This document shows, in pieces, positions 1 through 14,120 of a stretch of DNA of 64,000 nt. This stretch comes from Octopus sinensis. Taxonomy: Eukaryota. Made by a program: the position numbers and the translations under genes. The stretch lies in the NCBI RefSeq assembly GCF_006345805.1, contig NC_043007.1, forward strand, positions 55,242,001-55,306,000, read 5' to 3'. Each line of letters starts with the position of its first letter. The first letter of the stretch is position 1. Below the pieces are notes generated by a model, which was not told the origin of the DNA, made no database searches, and saw nothing but the letters and a program-made list of their open reading frames with translations.

Positions 1-1306
1 TGTACAGGTTCCCCAGTAAGATTTTAAAATGGCATACTTGGAACTATTTAAAAGTTACCACTATTTGAAAAATCCTACATGGGAAATTCTAGTGGCGACT
101 AGTTAATCGAGTTGAACTGTTTAATACACACAAAACCCACCCACCCAACACACACACACACACACACACACACGCATACAGACATACACACAAACACTTA
201 TATGAACACGCACACACACACACACATATATGTAAGTGTGAACTTCCACTACTTTGATTTAAGACGTTAGCACTTCGCTCACAAACCCTTACTCACATTA
301 TTTGGAAAGGGAAGTTGAAATCCAGTCTTCGGCAAGTAAGAGCCACATATTTTGAGTAGATGCTTCGTTGTGTGTGTAAGTGTTGTAGCATTTAAAAATA
401 TCTCTAATAAATATATAAATCCATACTTCTTGATTCTTGTTCCATTTATCGCGGATTACACAAGCATTTGAATTCTGATATTCCAGTATTAGTCCAGTAA
501 ATAGTGAGATGAAGCAGGCTTAGAAAAAATACCAGACAAAGAAGGATTGAACAGTTTGTCAGCCAAAATCGTTTGAAGCAGTTCTACAAATAAAATTTTG
601 GTCAAACACTTCGAAATGTGTAATTGATTTCCTACTAGTAGTGCAGAGCTAAGGGCTGACGGTGTAGCTTTTAATGTACTGTGAGTCATATATTGAAAGT
701 CATATAGAGAGAATCGCATATTGATTCTAAAAACCTATTGAGAGCATAGGTGATTGGCAGAACCCATGATTTGTAGCTATTCTATCATTCTCCGTGATGA
801 TAAAATGTAGAGTCGACATCGGTGAGATTTGAAACCAGAAAATCAAGCAACTAATTACCACAAGGTATTTTGTGCGACACTATGTCAATCTTTCCAATGC
901 AATAACTGCTACAAAGACTCATATATTGAAAGATATCTTGCGCACACTTACCTCCTCCAAGCGCATATACATTTACACTAGAACACGCACATGCACACAC
1001 ACACATGTGCACACACACATTCACGCACGCACGCGACGCATGCATGAATGCACGCGCGCTCACAAATTTTTGCATAAATGTACAAATATACGCATACATA
1101 GATTATATTGTTTGAAATGTTTTTCAGTAATAATAAGCATGATCTATTTTCAGGCGTGAGAGAAAATATATGGTCCAATATATGTGCTCTTACTTCTGAT
1201 TTATGTGCGACAGACCAGTATTTTTCTAAGCAGATGCGTGTTTCTATTCTTATTATATCAGACACAAGCTGCTGCTGCTGCGAAAGCTAGATACATTGAT
1301 GGAACA

Positions 1307-1340
<34 letters not shown>

Positions 1341-2016
1341 CATACGTACATGCACATATGCATACATATATACATGCATATGTCTGCTTATATATGTGTG
1401 TGTTTGTGTATATATGTATGTACACATCCATATTTGCATGAATTTCTTATAGTCTTGCATTATATATGATTAAATTGACTTCAAATAGTAGTTATTAAAC
1501 GTCTAATGTCACTGGTGTCTGAAATAAATAGAGTCTCAGTGAGTTTTTATTCTAAGCCATTCGAGGCTAATTTATTCCTATCTATCTATAAATACCACTT
1601 AACAGTATTTTCTAAATGGAAATCTGCGATAGACAACAGTTTTTCTTTTTACAAGGAAGTTTCTAAACTGCTTATTATCATGAAAGCTGGTATAATCTTC
1701 TGCAGATTCTAGCTTTTATGGAAAACACTTCAGAAGCAGTACATAAGCCCACTAGTGATGAAATATCCATTTCAAATAAGGTTAGGTTCACATCAATACC
1801 TGGTTTACCCTGACAGTCACAATAAATGTAAATGATTTGATTGAAACCTGGCAATACGAAAACAACTTCTTTTCACATACAGATTGGTTATATCAATGAT
1901 AACAGAATATTTACCCGCAGAGTTTCGTTAAATTATTTGGAGTCGCTACTTCTTGGAATTGAACACCTAAATAAGTTTACATCTCTATTCAATCTTTACG
2001 CCAACATTTTGGTAAA

Positions 2017-2019
<3 letters not shown>

Positions 2020-2089
<70 letters not shown>

Positions 2090-2106
2090 GTGTATATATA
2101 TATATG

Positions 2107-2160
<54 letters not shown>
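2020..2160. repeat. Compound (TA)n-(CA)n microsatellite (representative of many in the window)
   Basis: Directly visible dinucleotide runs; they generate the YI/TH/CV ORFs in the ORF track. Confidence 0.95.
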
Positions 2161-2161
<1 letters not shown>

Positions 2162-3019
2162 CGTTGCTATCATGCAAAAGTGTTGTAAGTCCAAAACGTT
2201 GCTTTTTCAGAAAACGAAAAAAATAGTTTCACCATTCCATAGCAAAACCGTTGTACTACACTTTGACAATTTTTGATATCTTGGCTCTGAAGGAGCTGGA
2301 GATAGTTTGACCAAAAGAACCGGCTATGTAAGCAAAAATAAATATTGAAAAAATACGCATTTGGCCAAATTTGGACATACGACACACATAATAGCAACGA
2401 CACACATACACACTCAGTTTACTTTTTCACAATATGCGTTTCTTCTTGGTGAGTGACATTCCGATATGTATACAAAATACATCACTGAGAATATTTTAAA
2501 GAACAACCTATTCCATATAATTTGGTGAAAACCTTATTTCAAGGGGATAGGATTTTGGTAAGCAACTAATCTTTCAAGATTTTATTAAAAAGAATACGAG
2601 AAAATTTAATGTAGATCATAGCATTAGGAAAAAAATAATTAGTCATTGGGATAATGTTATTTTCACCACATCGTATAATTATTATTATGATCATTATCAT
2701 TTTTATGTCACTGCAACAAGTGTATTAACAATAGCTTAACTATTATTTTTCATGCAAATTATGCCGTTGAATCCTTTCCTTCAGTTATTTGCTCGTAAAT
2801 ATGCCCATGTTGGCACCTACTTGTACACGTGGTTAGTGATTATCTATTCACTACTTCGGCAAATACAGGTTTTGTTGATGAGATGTAGTAATATCGAAAC
2901 ATGTGGATTTGTCTCCATACTTGCTGAAATATAAAGATGTACTTATAAAAAATTAAACATCATTCTAAACTCACTAATTAAATAATAAAGCAAGTCTTTG
3001 ACCTAACGCCTTTAGCCAG

Positions 3020-3420
3020 TCAGGTGACTTGCCCGGATCAATGCAGCTCTTCCACACCAGATGTCCTGACATTCCATTGCAGTTTTCACATCTTCAACCA
3101 GGGATCCAGTATCGTCCACACGTTGATCGGTATATGCTTTACTTGCGCTGCCCGTGTGTCCGTGTGTGGATTTCCAGACAATGATATCGTTGGATATGTC
3201 ATTCTCTCTTCAGCAGTGTTATGCATAATGTATTCTTCTTTCTCTAATTACTGAGGTGATGATAGGAAGACTGCCATACAATCAATCGCTGTCTTGTAGG
3301 ATATTTCTACTAAAGAAGATTAAGAACTGCAGGAAGCGTTCTTCTCTATGTACCATCAAGCTTCTTTTCAAGTTTCTTGTTCAGTGTGTATGCTAAAGAG
3401 ACATAGAAAAATACTGACTA
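3020..3420 (-). mobile_element. Degraded 3' fragment of an RTE/RTE-X clade LINE
   Basis: Minus-strand translation with stops: LYGSLPIITSVIRERRIHYA*HC*RENDISNDIIVWKSTHGHTGSASKAYTDQRVDDTGSLVEDVKTAMECQDIWCGRAALIRAS. This resembles the RTE-type ORF2 C-terminus (R..R...AGHC.R ... W.P.HG ... TY.DQL..DTG...EDL..AM.DR..W). Confidence 0.75.
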
Positions 3421-3828
3421 TTGCCTTTATCGCACATAGTTAATTTTAATTTGTGTCTTGATGTTCAGTGCATGAGATCTTTTTGCACCATATCAGTTCG
3501 ATGGTTGATCTCATTTATTTCATTCTATATGAAAATATATCAATAATCTATAACTTTTTGAATATTTTTCTTTTGTGTTGCACAATAAACTTTGTGTTTT
3601 GCAACAATAAGTAAATGGAAAGATAATGTGAGAAAAACAACTCGTCCATGATTTATATATTGTACTATTAGTTACATGTGACTAAATAATTATTGCAAGT
3701 ACCGTGAAGAACTATTGTTAGCTTGTGCAACGATAACTTGCCTTCTATGTCCTGAAAATCCTTAAATCACTAGTACTTCAGCTTTGAATCTACCTTGTAT
3801 ACCAAACTTCCAAAAATGCAAGATAATT

Positions 3829-4040
3829 ATTTCTACTATAGGCACAACACCTGAAATTTGGTGAGAGAGGAGCTAGTCAATTACATAAAACTCATTGCTC
3901 AACTGGTACCTATTAAATCGGCCATGAAAGTATGAAAGACAAGGTCTAAAGGCATTTGAACTCAGAACGTAATGACAGAAGAAATGCCGGTAAGTATTTT
4001 GTCAGGTGTGCTAACGATTCTGCCAGCTTGCTGCCTTGAA
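3829..4040 (-). mobile_element. Degraded tRNA-derived SINE (family starting ggcggtgagctggcagaatcgttagc)
   Basis: Reverse complement reads aaggcagcaagctggcagaatcgttagcac...acgttctgagttcaaat..., with A/B-box-like segments; family recognised from memory. Confidence 0.65.
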
Positions 4041-5371
4041 AATACACAAGCTAACAATAATGACGGGCTATATTCTTCAACTACCGATTCATGGATGCTC
4101 GGTTTAAATTTACTGAAGACTTTGTGTCTGTATTATACTTTGCTTACTTAAGTAAAGGATAAGTGAAGGATATTTCTTTAAAAAGTTATTCATGAAAGAG
4201 CAGCTTACTCTCTAGAAAGAGATCAGTCTTTCACTTCTTAACTGTTATAATCTGGACATAATTCTAGTTGTAAAACTTATAAGACTTCGGAGTTCGTTAA
4301 AAACAATGGACAATACCTGAGTATACTCACTGTGATCAATCTAGTGATAGTTGTTTGGAAGAATTCCATTAAATGTACAATAAAACCATTCGGGGATTTG
4401 ACATTGTCCTTCATACTTATAATTCAATTTTTAACTTATTTCAAAAAGAGCTGGAACCATGCTGCAAAACGATCATTACAGGTTATCATTGCAGATAACC
4501 TGAACACCGAAAATATTTTAGAGAGATAAATATGTAGTGCAGAATACTACAGAACATAAAAAGACTTCAGAAGCAGATGCATAAAAAGCAGTAGCTATGG
4601 AATCCATGATAAATGATGATTAAGTAAACATATGTGAGAGAAATTATCTGGCTGTAATATTGATGGAGGTTATAAATAAGGTTCGGCCGGATTTGCACAT
4701 TACCAATATGTCTCGAACGGGAATGAAATAGTTGGAAGGAGATGAGAACGGAAATGATAAATTTGGCATGTAATTATATAATCGTAAAATACAAAAAAAA
4801 GCAACATTTGCAAAGAGAAGAAATATATCAAGAATCAGAAGGAAAAATAGAAGAAAGAATACTTAAAGAAAGGAATGATAAAAATGTGCCTCCGGGCTTT
4901 GACTGACATGACAGCTTGTAATTTAAGTTGGAACTAATCTCCGAGTGGTAGAGGAAATCGCAATTCTTTGAAATTAAAATGAAATTATATAGCGAACATG
5001 TTTATGCTAGAATGCAAAAGAATCACGTATAGGGAAACATAACATCAACGAATAGAAACAAAATAATCCAGAAAAAGCTTTTTCTTGATCAATATTGTGT
5101 TTAACTGAAATATATCAGAGGCATTATATCTCACAGAAGTGAGGATATTTTGGCAGTCATTTCCAGAAATGTTATCCCAATTAACAAATAAGAGTTTCGG
5201 ATTATCTTTTACTTACTATATTTACCACAAATATTTGATATTAGATTTCCTTAATTTTAAAGATAACTTGATCGCAACTCCAATATTTATATTATGTCTT
5301 CCATGGATCTAACTGTTAGCCTACACGACGTAGTATTGTGGTTGTTACTGATATTATTGTTATAACAGAAC

Positions 5372-6900
5372 ATGACGTCGAATTTTTCGGCAAATTGCCA
5401 AGGGAGCGAAACCAGAGATTGGAACAACTGTTTTGTCACCGACTTTCCATCTCTTCAACAAGGTCCTTCCTCTCTACAGCTATTACCATCACCAATGCCG
5501 AACGAAACAAAAGTAGCAACGACAAATGAGGAAAAAAATAGCAACAAGGAAACTGAAAATAATAATAATAATGAAGCCCTCCCCGCCCTCGAAAGTCCAA
5601 TTTTCCATTCAACACACCTGGGAGTTGCACCTCCACCCCAACAAATACCATTAACGCTAACACACAAAATGAAAACAAAACTTGCAAATCTAGCGCTAGC
5701 AGTTTCGCTGACGCAAAAAGTATCCTGAGGTACGGACGAAACGTTGTTCTGAACATCTCAGAATCAAATCAGCTACAAACAGTTGTATAGAAATAGAACA
5801 GGCGACACGGCAGCTGACTGAAAAGTTCCACAGAATAACCTGGAGTAGCAAAACATAAATAGCCAGAGGAAGAAAGAACAGCACAATAGAACTGAGATTC
5901 CTTACAATAGAAGTGAGAATGAGTTGACAAGGCACTCCATAGCAATCCCAAGGGGTCAAAAACAGGTCTTTATCTCAGCCTATTTTGGTTGCATGGCAGT
6001 TCAAATAAAAATATCTAATGTACCGCCAGAAATAAACGCTCGTTGGTGAAAGTTATCCTTTTTGAGATAGAGGGAAAAAACCAAGTCTAGAGGTACAAAT
6101 GCTGCAAAACCAAAATTGGCCAGGCCACGGGATGGAGTCATTGATACAAACGGATCACTAAAGTATAAAAGCCATGCTGAACTTGTTAAATTTGCCAAAC
6201 AGCACAACATTATATGTAGCCGTTGACGACAGGAGGTAGAGTTGTCACTTGTGTGGTGACACAAACCACCTCAAAGCTTTCTGTCCACAGCAAAGCAAAG
6301 AAGACCACCAGCTCTGCCGATACCAGCACCCCACCACAACAACAGCACCAATAGGAAAAACAGCAGTAGTAGCACCAACAGCGTAGGATATCCACAACAG
6401 CATCAATGACATCAATAATATAATTAGTATCCGCGAAAGCAGCAACAGCAGTAGCAACAATAATACTGGCTGTATTATCTTCAATGGCAATAGTAGCAAC
6501 AACAGTGGAAGTAACAGCAACTAAAACAACAGAAAATATGAAGTCACCAATGGCCACAACCATAAACACCAATAATAAAGACTAATGGACCATAAACACA
6601 AAATACAAGCATCTCAATAACTATTCCACATTAACCAATAGCATTCCACCACATATAAAACTTACCTAAATTTCGCAATACACAGACAGTATTTTAAAAA
6701 TGAAATTCCCCAAAGAAGTGGGAGACGTTAGGTCTAATATAGATAAAAAAAACTATATAAATAAGCTTCTTGTGGAAATACCCACAGCTAGCATCGAGGA
6801 CGAAGCATCTCTCCCTGGAAAAGGTTCTCCCAAACATGGCTGTGCTCAGAACACGCAACGTGAATGAACGTGGCTCTGAGGTCACTAGATATAGATGTGG
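5372..6900 (+). pseudogene. Decayed 5' part (ORF1 and start of ORF2) of a Tx1/L1-clade LINE
   Basis: Stop/frameshift-interrupted translation VFISAYFGCMAVQIKISNVPPEIN...WPGHGMESLIQTDH*SIKAMLNLLNLPNSTTLYVAVDDRR*SCHLCGDTNHLKAFCP (CCHC knuckle at ~6243-6284). It aligns by eye with ORF1 at 58248 (IMLLPSYMGKRTAKLHVEDIP...WKGQALELLVQ...VSVEGRRPRCFKCGEKGHVRSNC). MAVLRTRNVN at ~6835 resembles an APE start. Confidence 0.7.
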
Positions 6901-7924
6901 TGGTAAATTCCCATTTGGTGTATCATTCGAGTATCCATTTAAGTAAGTTCCGGCCAGTACAAATCAGCCGATTTGGAGTAGTTTGTTATATTTTACTCTA
7001 GTGGAAAAATATTTTCTGAGTAGCAGTGCTAATAGAGATTTTTGCTGGTTCGACAGCCGGTCTCGGGGAAATGAGGCCAGAGTGACGAAATTGTTAGTAT
7101 TCACTCTTTTAGTATCTAGGGTTGGTGTTTCTCAAATTTTGTCGTTAATAAAACGTATCTAGTTATCAGCTGAGTCTGTTGTGAAGGTCATACAGTTACC
7201 TATCATAGTCATCGTTTTTGTGTGTTTGCTTGCCATGATGAAATAGTTTACGTTGAGGACGAAACGGATCAATTATTTTCAATTTTCCCTGGAAAGTGAG
7301 ATGAAAGTGGAGAGTGAGATGCTTCCCAAGTGAATTCCTTTAAACGTTATGGGAGATTGATGAGCAGGAGACGTATAAACGGGTCTACACTGAATATGCA
7401 CTTGCAGAGTTAGAGACAACGAATAAGAGAAGGCACTTACCCATGACGTTTTGTGAGGTTTCTTTGATTGGCCTTAGGAAGTTGACCCCACTATTCAGGA
7501 GTCTTGTTGTAATTTTGTGGTTACACGATGTTTTTGTTATTCAAATTTGATACATTTTACGTGTAAACCCTCAAATTGTTCTATCTCACCCCCTTGTACT
7601 GCTCTCCTTTACGTTGAACCCCTTCTGTTAATGAAAAATTTATCATCCTCCTCCCTCCTCCATCTTTCATCTCTCTGGGGACAATAAAATAAAGGAGCAG
7701 CCTGCTATTGGGCTGAGATAATCAACTAATCCCACCCTCTTTGAAATTGCTGGCCCCTTCCACCAGCATCAACTTCCCCTTTTATCCTTGCGGAGTCAAT
7801 AAAGTACAAGTCAAGTACTGAAGCCCATTGTATTGACTAATCTTCTCTGTTCAAAATTGTTTATCTTGTGGTCTAACCCAGAAACTATTGTTCTTGTTGT
7901 TATTATTATTATTGTTGTTATTGT

Positions 7925-7931
7925 TGTTGTC

Positions 7932-8020
<89 letters not shown>

Positions 8021-8545
8021 TATTATTATTATTATTGAGAGAGCAGCGCATGCCATCTAGAGTGACACAGAGGTACAAATATACGAAACCCATTATAACC
8101 ATCATGACCACGTCTGATAAGGATACACCAGACACATGCATCACAATCATATGTACACGACATGGTGATCTCATATCAAGATAAACAGCGCATGACCTTG
8201 CAGGTGAGGCCCAGTTAAAATTTTCTTTAAGTCGAGTAGTACATCCCACTCAAAAGGTCCTTGAATAAGTGTTGTTTAAAGTGGTTGAACAAAACCATGA
8301 TTCCAGTGGTGAATTATTCAAACCTCAAAGAATTCCTCTCAACACATGGCTATGATGCTCACCCACTCTTTCTCATGACCAGAGATGCACATATTGTCAG
8401 CCACTAAAGGACATGCTCAACCAGTTAAAATCAAACAAATGATAAGCGAATCTGTGGTATTGAGCAGAATATTTACTGTAGCCCATCTTTTATACCAAGA
8501 CAAACCATGCACATGATAAAATTTCCAATCAGTTAAGATCAAAAG
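7925..8545 (-). mobile_element. Interspersed retroposon fragment ending in a (TAA)n tail
   Basis: About 500 bp of complex sequence (gagcagcgcatgccatc...gttaagatcaaaagcca) abuts a long (TTA)n run. It resembles a common octopus repeat recalled from memory; class not determined. Confidence 0.5.
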
Positions 8546-8994
8546 CCAAGTGGAAATTATTGGAAACTTGTGGACCCTATCGTAATAGAACAAGACTGTG
8601 TAAATTGTGTTTGGCAGAAAGATTTATAATTCTCATGAATTCACACGAGCCAGGAGGCTACCTTAATTCCAGGACGGAAGCCGTGTGAAGTTGTCCACAT
8701 TTTCGGAAATTTTAACTTCAAAATTGCAAAGCCTAGCTATCAAGCGAAAGAAGACAACTCGCCTGGCCATATTTTTAAAGAGATTATTTCTTGAATTATC
8801 CCCGGCGTTCTTGTGTTTTAAAACAAACATTCTTTGCAGATAACGGTTACTGTTTAGAGAAACTGAAGAGGTGACTAGCTCACGCTAGATATGAAACCAA
8901 TGTTTTTTTCTAAACTTACGTTACACATACACAAATAAATAAATGCTTCATATTTTATAAGGTACGCTCTTCTCCTGATTTATGATATTGTAAC

Positions 8995-9355
<361 letters not shown>

Positions 9356-9580
9356 TGTGAATGTGTTTATTTGTGTCTCTGTGTTTGTCACCAATCATCG
9401 CTTGATAACCGATGCTGGTGTGTTTACGTCCCCGTAGCTTAGTGATTTGGCAAAAGATACTGATAGAATAAGTACTAAGCTTACAAAGAATAAGTACTGA
9501 TGTCGATCTGTTTGACTAAAAAGTGATGCTTCAGCATGGCCGCGGTCAAATAACTGAAACAAGTAAAAAGAAGAAAAAAA
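9356..9580 (+). mobile_element. 3' half of tRNA-derived SINE (family A)
   Basis: Matches the 3' half of the copies at 12282, 21520 and 50225 (atcgcttgataaccgatgctggtgtgtttacgtccccg...cagcatggccgcggtcaaataactgaaacaagtaaaa). Confidence 0.85.
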
Positions 9581-11009
9581 AGACAATAAGATGATAGCCT
9601 GATGGCAGTAAAAGGTGTTTGCTGTTATGTACATTAAAAAGTATTTTGACACTGTTTACGGATTAAAATAATTTTGGGATTACATAAAAAAATATTTTAG
9701 GTTATGTGCAGTTCCCATGAGTACTATTTTTTGAGTTCCTTTCATTTATTAGATTTCCTGGTTTCTGAGATTTTTCTATCATAACTAATTATGTGATTAT
9801 AAATTGTTAAGCTATTTCTATGTCCCAACTGAAATTGCAATAACTTTCCAAACGCTATATATCAATCTTTTCCGTTACTTGGATTCCAGATGAGTCAAAC
9901 ATGCAATCCTTTGGGATTAGATTTTGAAAACATGACAGGAAATTGCCTTTTCTTCAGAAAAGATTTTTAATTTTTTCATTGGCACAAAGGAAATATGCGC
10001 CATTGCTTAATTATGTTAAAATTTCCGAAATGATTTATTAATTTCAATTTATAAATCAGTGATTTAATAAAGTAAATCTGAATTAAAAAGAAAGAGCTCA
10101 TATGGTGAAGAACCGTGGTAACCAACGTTAGTTTGTTCGGTTCAAACGAAGACGCAGTGAAATATAAAAATATTGGACTTAAATTAAATAGATTGCATTG
10201 AAAAACAAAGTTTATTTTAAAACAATCTCATTCGGAAATGGATTTTTCAGTCTCAGTAGTGAATAATTCCATATCCTTTAGGAGATTTTGCTGTCATACA
10301 TCTAATCCACAGATACCTAGAAGCAAATAACACAAATAACAGGTCTATATACGACCGTATCAACATTTGTGTATGCACGTACGAATATATGTGATCATAA
10401 TTATACAAATACATGTATTTATATATAAATAAACATATACATTTATAAACATATACATTTATGTATGTATATGTGTGCATGCACGCATATATATCTGTGT
10501 ATATTTGTGGTTCTTATTGCTGATGTTATTGCTTTTTTGTGCTCTCAAGTAATCTGTAGCTTGTCATTTGTTCAGTTTTTGTCATAGTAAGAACAAAGAG
10601 GGTGAACAGTACGTAAAAGGTGCGTAAAGAGAACATAATTATTTGAGAAAGCAATTAATCAATCAATTATATAATTTATTTATTAAATACTTATCAATTA
10701 ATTGATAATAAAAACGGAAATAAAATATAACTGACTCCATGACCTTCTTAAAGTACAAAATATCTATTTTTATACTCGCTTTCAAATCAAGAGTCTTTAA
10801 ACATTCACACACATGCACATACATTAAGTTGGAATGAAAGACCAATCGCAATTTTGACACGATCAATTTAATGTTACTTTTTCAATATTTTTGGTAAAAA
10901 TATGCCTGGACTTTTACATCATAATGCTTCTTTTTTTTCTTTGCAGATTACTTTATACTATAGTGGTTAAATTCATGTCGATTTTATTCTTTTTACCCGA
11001 GGTTGGATC

Positions 11010-11310
11010 AGACCCATTTCAACATTGCATGCTACATGAATTCTAAGTAGGCCATTCCTCAATGGAAGCAGCAAAAATATTCGTTCTCTCTTAGTAAATG
11101 AAGCTTTAAAGTGTCCGGACATGCCAGTGATGGCTTAGCCGGTTTCGCTAAGAAATTTTTCTCTCACAGATTTCTCTCGATATAGAATCATCACAAGTGA
11201 TAAAAACTGGATACTCTATTATCATATCCAACAACTACGACAATGGTCAGCACCCAGTGAAAAGGAAAATCCTTCTCCGAACCCGAAAAAATTATGCAAA
11301 CAACTTGCAG
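11010..11310 (+). pseudogene. Internally deleted mariner-type transposase relic
   Basis: HCMLHEF*VGHSSMEAAKI resembles the mariner N-terminal HTH start. RIITSDKNWILYYHIQQLRQWSAPSEKENPSPNPK resembles the first catalytic Asp motif RIITGDEKW..Y....RQW. Confidence 0.7.
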
Positions 11311-11899
11311 ATGTATATGCTATCAGTTGAAATTATACATACCAGATGCTATCAAGCTTATGGGGTCATCAAGAGAGATTGTACTCCGTTTCGGGATTTT
11401 TTCTCGACAGCATTATTGCTCACTGAGATGAGGCTCCGCTTGCTAGATCAACTGGTTATTAGGTTTCGCTTAATATTCTACCCATTGCTCATCGTCTCTT
11501 TTTATTCAAATTCAATGGCTTGCTTTCACCACTGTTCTCTAGATATCACTCATAATTGTATTTGCTTTACAATGATTTGGGCATATCGTTAACAATTATA
11601 CTACGTACGTTTACGTGTATTTATCAACTGCATAGCTTCAGTCAGGTCAATAATCATCCCAACTTATAATTCTCTACTGGAATACTATGAAGACATATTT
11701 TTTTGTTATTTTTTTCTCTCGTTAATATACAGAGACCACGTCGTTCCTTCGTCCTTTCCTGATTGATTAATATATCATTCCTGATTGATTAATATATCAT
11801 TCAATGTGAACAACTAATATATATTTTGTATCTAAACTAGTAATAGTTTTAGTTCACCAGTGGTTGAGGAAGTGAATAGCTATGAAACATCTAGGGGTC

Positions 11900-12225
11900 T
11901 CACGAAGTAACTTGTGAATATAATAAGATTCGAAAATCGATTAAGGTTGTTCATAATTTTTCAGTGTGCGGAGAAATGGGTAAAATTTGCCCTGTTTATA
12001 ATCATACCATATGTTACATATATATTATATCATACCCTGGTACTGTATGGAGTAACTGTTGCAGTTGTTGAGTATATAAACAGTTTGGCTGCTCGTTTCT
12101 ATAGAGACTGACAGAATGATGTAGACACCTCTGATGAAAACCCAATAAAGTTCGAAAATCGAATAAGGTTGTTCATTTTTTCAGTCTGCGGGGAAATGGC
12201 AAAAATTTGCCCTGTTTATAATTAT
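11900..12225 (+). repeat. Degenerate two-unit repeat (~222-bp period) with hammerhead-like motifs
   Basis: About 75 bp ttcgaaaatcga(t/a)taaggttgttca...aaatttgccctgtttataat occurs at ~11928 and ~12151. The second copy is preceded by ACCT-CTGATGA-AAAC ccaataaa GTTC-GAAA-ATCGAA-TA-AGGT (12127-12169). Confidence 0.6.
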
Positions 12226-12226
12226 G

Positions 12227-12272
<46 letters not shown>

Positions 12273-12281
12273 TGTATGTAT

Positions 12282-12435
12282 GCAGGCGTAGCTGTGTGGT
12301 AATAGATTTGCTTCCCAACCACATAGTTCTGGGTTCAGACCCACTGCGTGAAACCTTGGGCATGTGTGCCTCGGGCCGACCAAAGCCTTGTGAGTGGATT
12401 TCGTAGACGGAAACTGAAAGAAGCCTGTCGTATAA

Positions 12436-12491
<56 letters not shown>

Positions 12492-12685
12492 CTGCGTTTG
12501 TCCCCCGCCATCGCTGACAACCGATGCCGGTGTGTTTATGTCCCCGCATCTTAGCAGTTCGGCAAAAGAACCTGATAGAATATTAGGCTTACAAAGAATA
12601 AGTCCTGGTCGATTTCTGCGGCCAAAACCCTTTAAGGCGGTACTCCAGCATAGCAGCAGTCGAATGACTGAAACAAGTAAAAGAA
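12282..12685 (+). mobile_element. tRNA-derived SINE family A, full length, with internal (TA)n/(TG)n
   Basis: Head gcaggcgtagctgtgtggtaa...ggttcagacccactg (A/B-box-like), internal microsatellite, and a 3' end shared with the other copies. Confidence 0.9.
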
Positions 12686-12831
12686 TGTATGTGTGCGTGT
12701 GTGTACGTGTGTGCTTGTATTACTTGCTGAGTCTGAGGAAGGGACAGCGTCCGTACACTTTTATGATCCTTCCGAGATCGGTTAACTTGAAGCCATTACA
12801 ATGCATGCATACATATAAGTGTATTTATGCT

Positions 12832-12951
<120 letters not shown>

Positions 12952-12999
12952 CATACATACATACATACATACATACATACATACATACATACATACATA

Positions 13000-14120
13000 A
13001 AACTTGGAAGGCAGCTCCTTGAGCAACAATTTTTGTCTGATAACTTAGAATACCTGACCAATGAAGTCGCACGACTCTACCGCAATGTATCCTCAGATGA
13101 AAAGATGAACCTATATGAGCAGAGGACTATGCATGGATATGTTACTAGAAAGCTCCGTGGATAATAGTAACATCGATCATCAAAGCAGAATAGCCGGATT
13201 ACTACTTCCCACTTTGAAGGGTATGAGTTTGCAATCCAGGAACAGGAAATATCAACCAAGTACCTGATGCACAAAAGGGATTGAGATGCAGGTAAAGCCG
13301 TAAAGTGTGACAACCGATGCAGACTTTGTGTAGATCACGCTAAAGATATCACCCACATCATAAGCAGTTGTCCGAAAATGTCATCACGGTATGAGACATG
13401 ACGTTGTAGCTAGGACACTCTTTAATAAAATCCATCGGAAGGATAATCCCGAGGACAAAGAAATAAGAACCCACAATATGGTAGAATCCATAGTCACTCA
13501 TAATAAAAAGGAATACTGTGGAATGTACCAGTGAAGACCTCAATGTAAGCACAACAGACCTGATATAATGATTTGGGATAAAGAAGAAAAACTTTGCACA
13601 GTTGTGGAAATTAGCTGCCCAGCGGATGTTAACAAAAAGCTGAAGATCAGTGAAAAAGAGAACACCTATTCTGAACTATTGAGAAATTTGCAGTTACTCT
13701 ATCCAGATTACAAGTTCAGGTTTATACCTGTAATTATTAAGGCCCTAGGATATGTAACACACTGCCTAAATACCAATCTTGAGAAATTAGGCTTCTCAAA
13801 ACCAGAAAAGAGAAAGCTAATTCGAAGACTACAGGGCCAATCTATCACTGTAACTGTAAAAATCTGTAAAGCTTTCCAGAGGTTTATCATTTAAATATAT
13901 ATGAGCATGTCTAGATATGCAACTATATGCACGAGAGTACATACATAAAGCAAAACATAAAAATCTGCACATATACATACATACAAACAAAAATACCCTG
14001 TTGTTGATATTGAAATTCCAGTAAAGGAGCCTTGAATCTAGGTTAGAAACCGGCTCTTTCTCTATTGACAAGAAATCTTGAAATAGAACTGAACAATGAC
14101 ATACATACATACATACATAC
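13000..14120 (+). mobile_element. 5'-truncated R4/Dong-like RLE LINE (CCHC finger + PD-(D/E)xK endonuclease + 3'UTR) between (ACAT)n runs
   Basis: Translation with stops/frameshifts: EGYEFAIQEQEISTKYL...CRLCVDHAKDITHIISSCPKMS...RHDVV...HNRPDIMIWDKEEKLCTVVEISCP...FIPVIIKALG (ORF 13568-13894). Homologous to the ORF at 53749-54966. Confidence 0.85.

Noticed and set aside
851-2276. ORFs rich in YI/TH/CV/MY repeats (also at 9.2, 12.5, 17.3, 18-19, 48 and 63.6 kb)
   Set aside because: Translations of (TA)n, (CA)n, (TATG)n and (TATC)n microsatellites.
6950-7780. Possible CR1-type endonuclease relic on the minus strand
   Set aside because: Only vague motifs (VYTSP, RVYT*NVSNL); cannot be supported without a search.
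11757-11800. Exact 22-bp tandem duplication
   Set aside because: An ordinary slippage duplication with no further structure.
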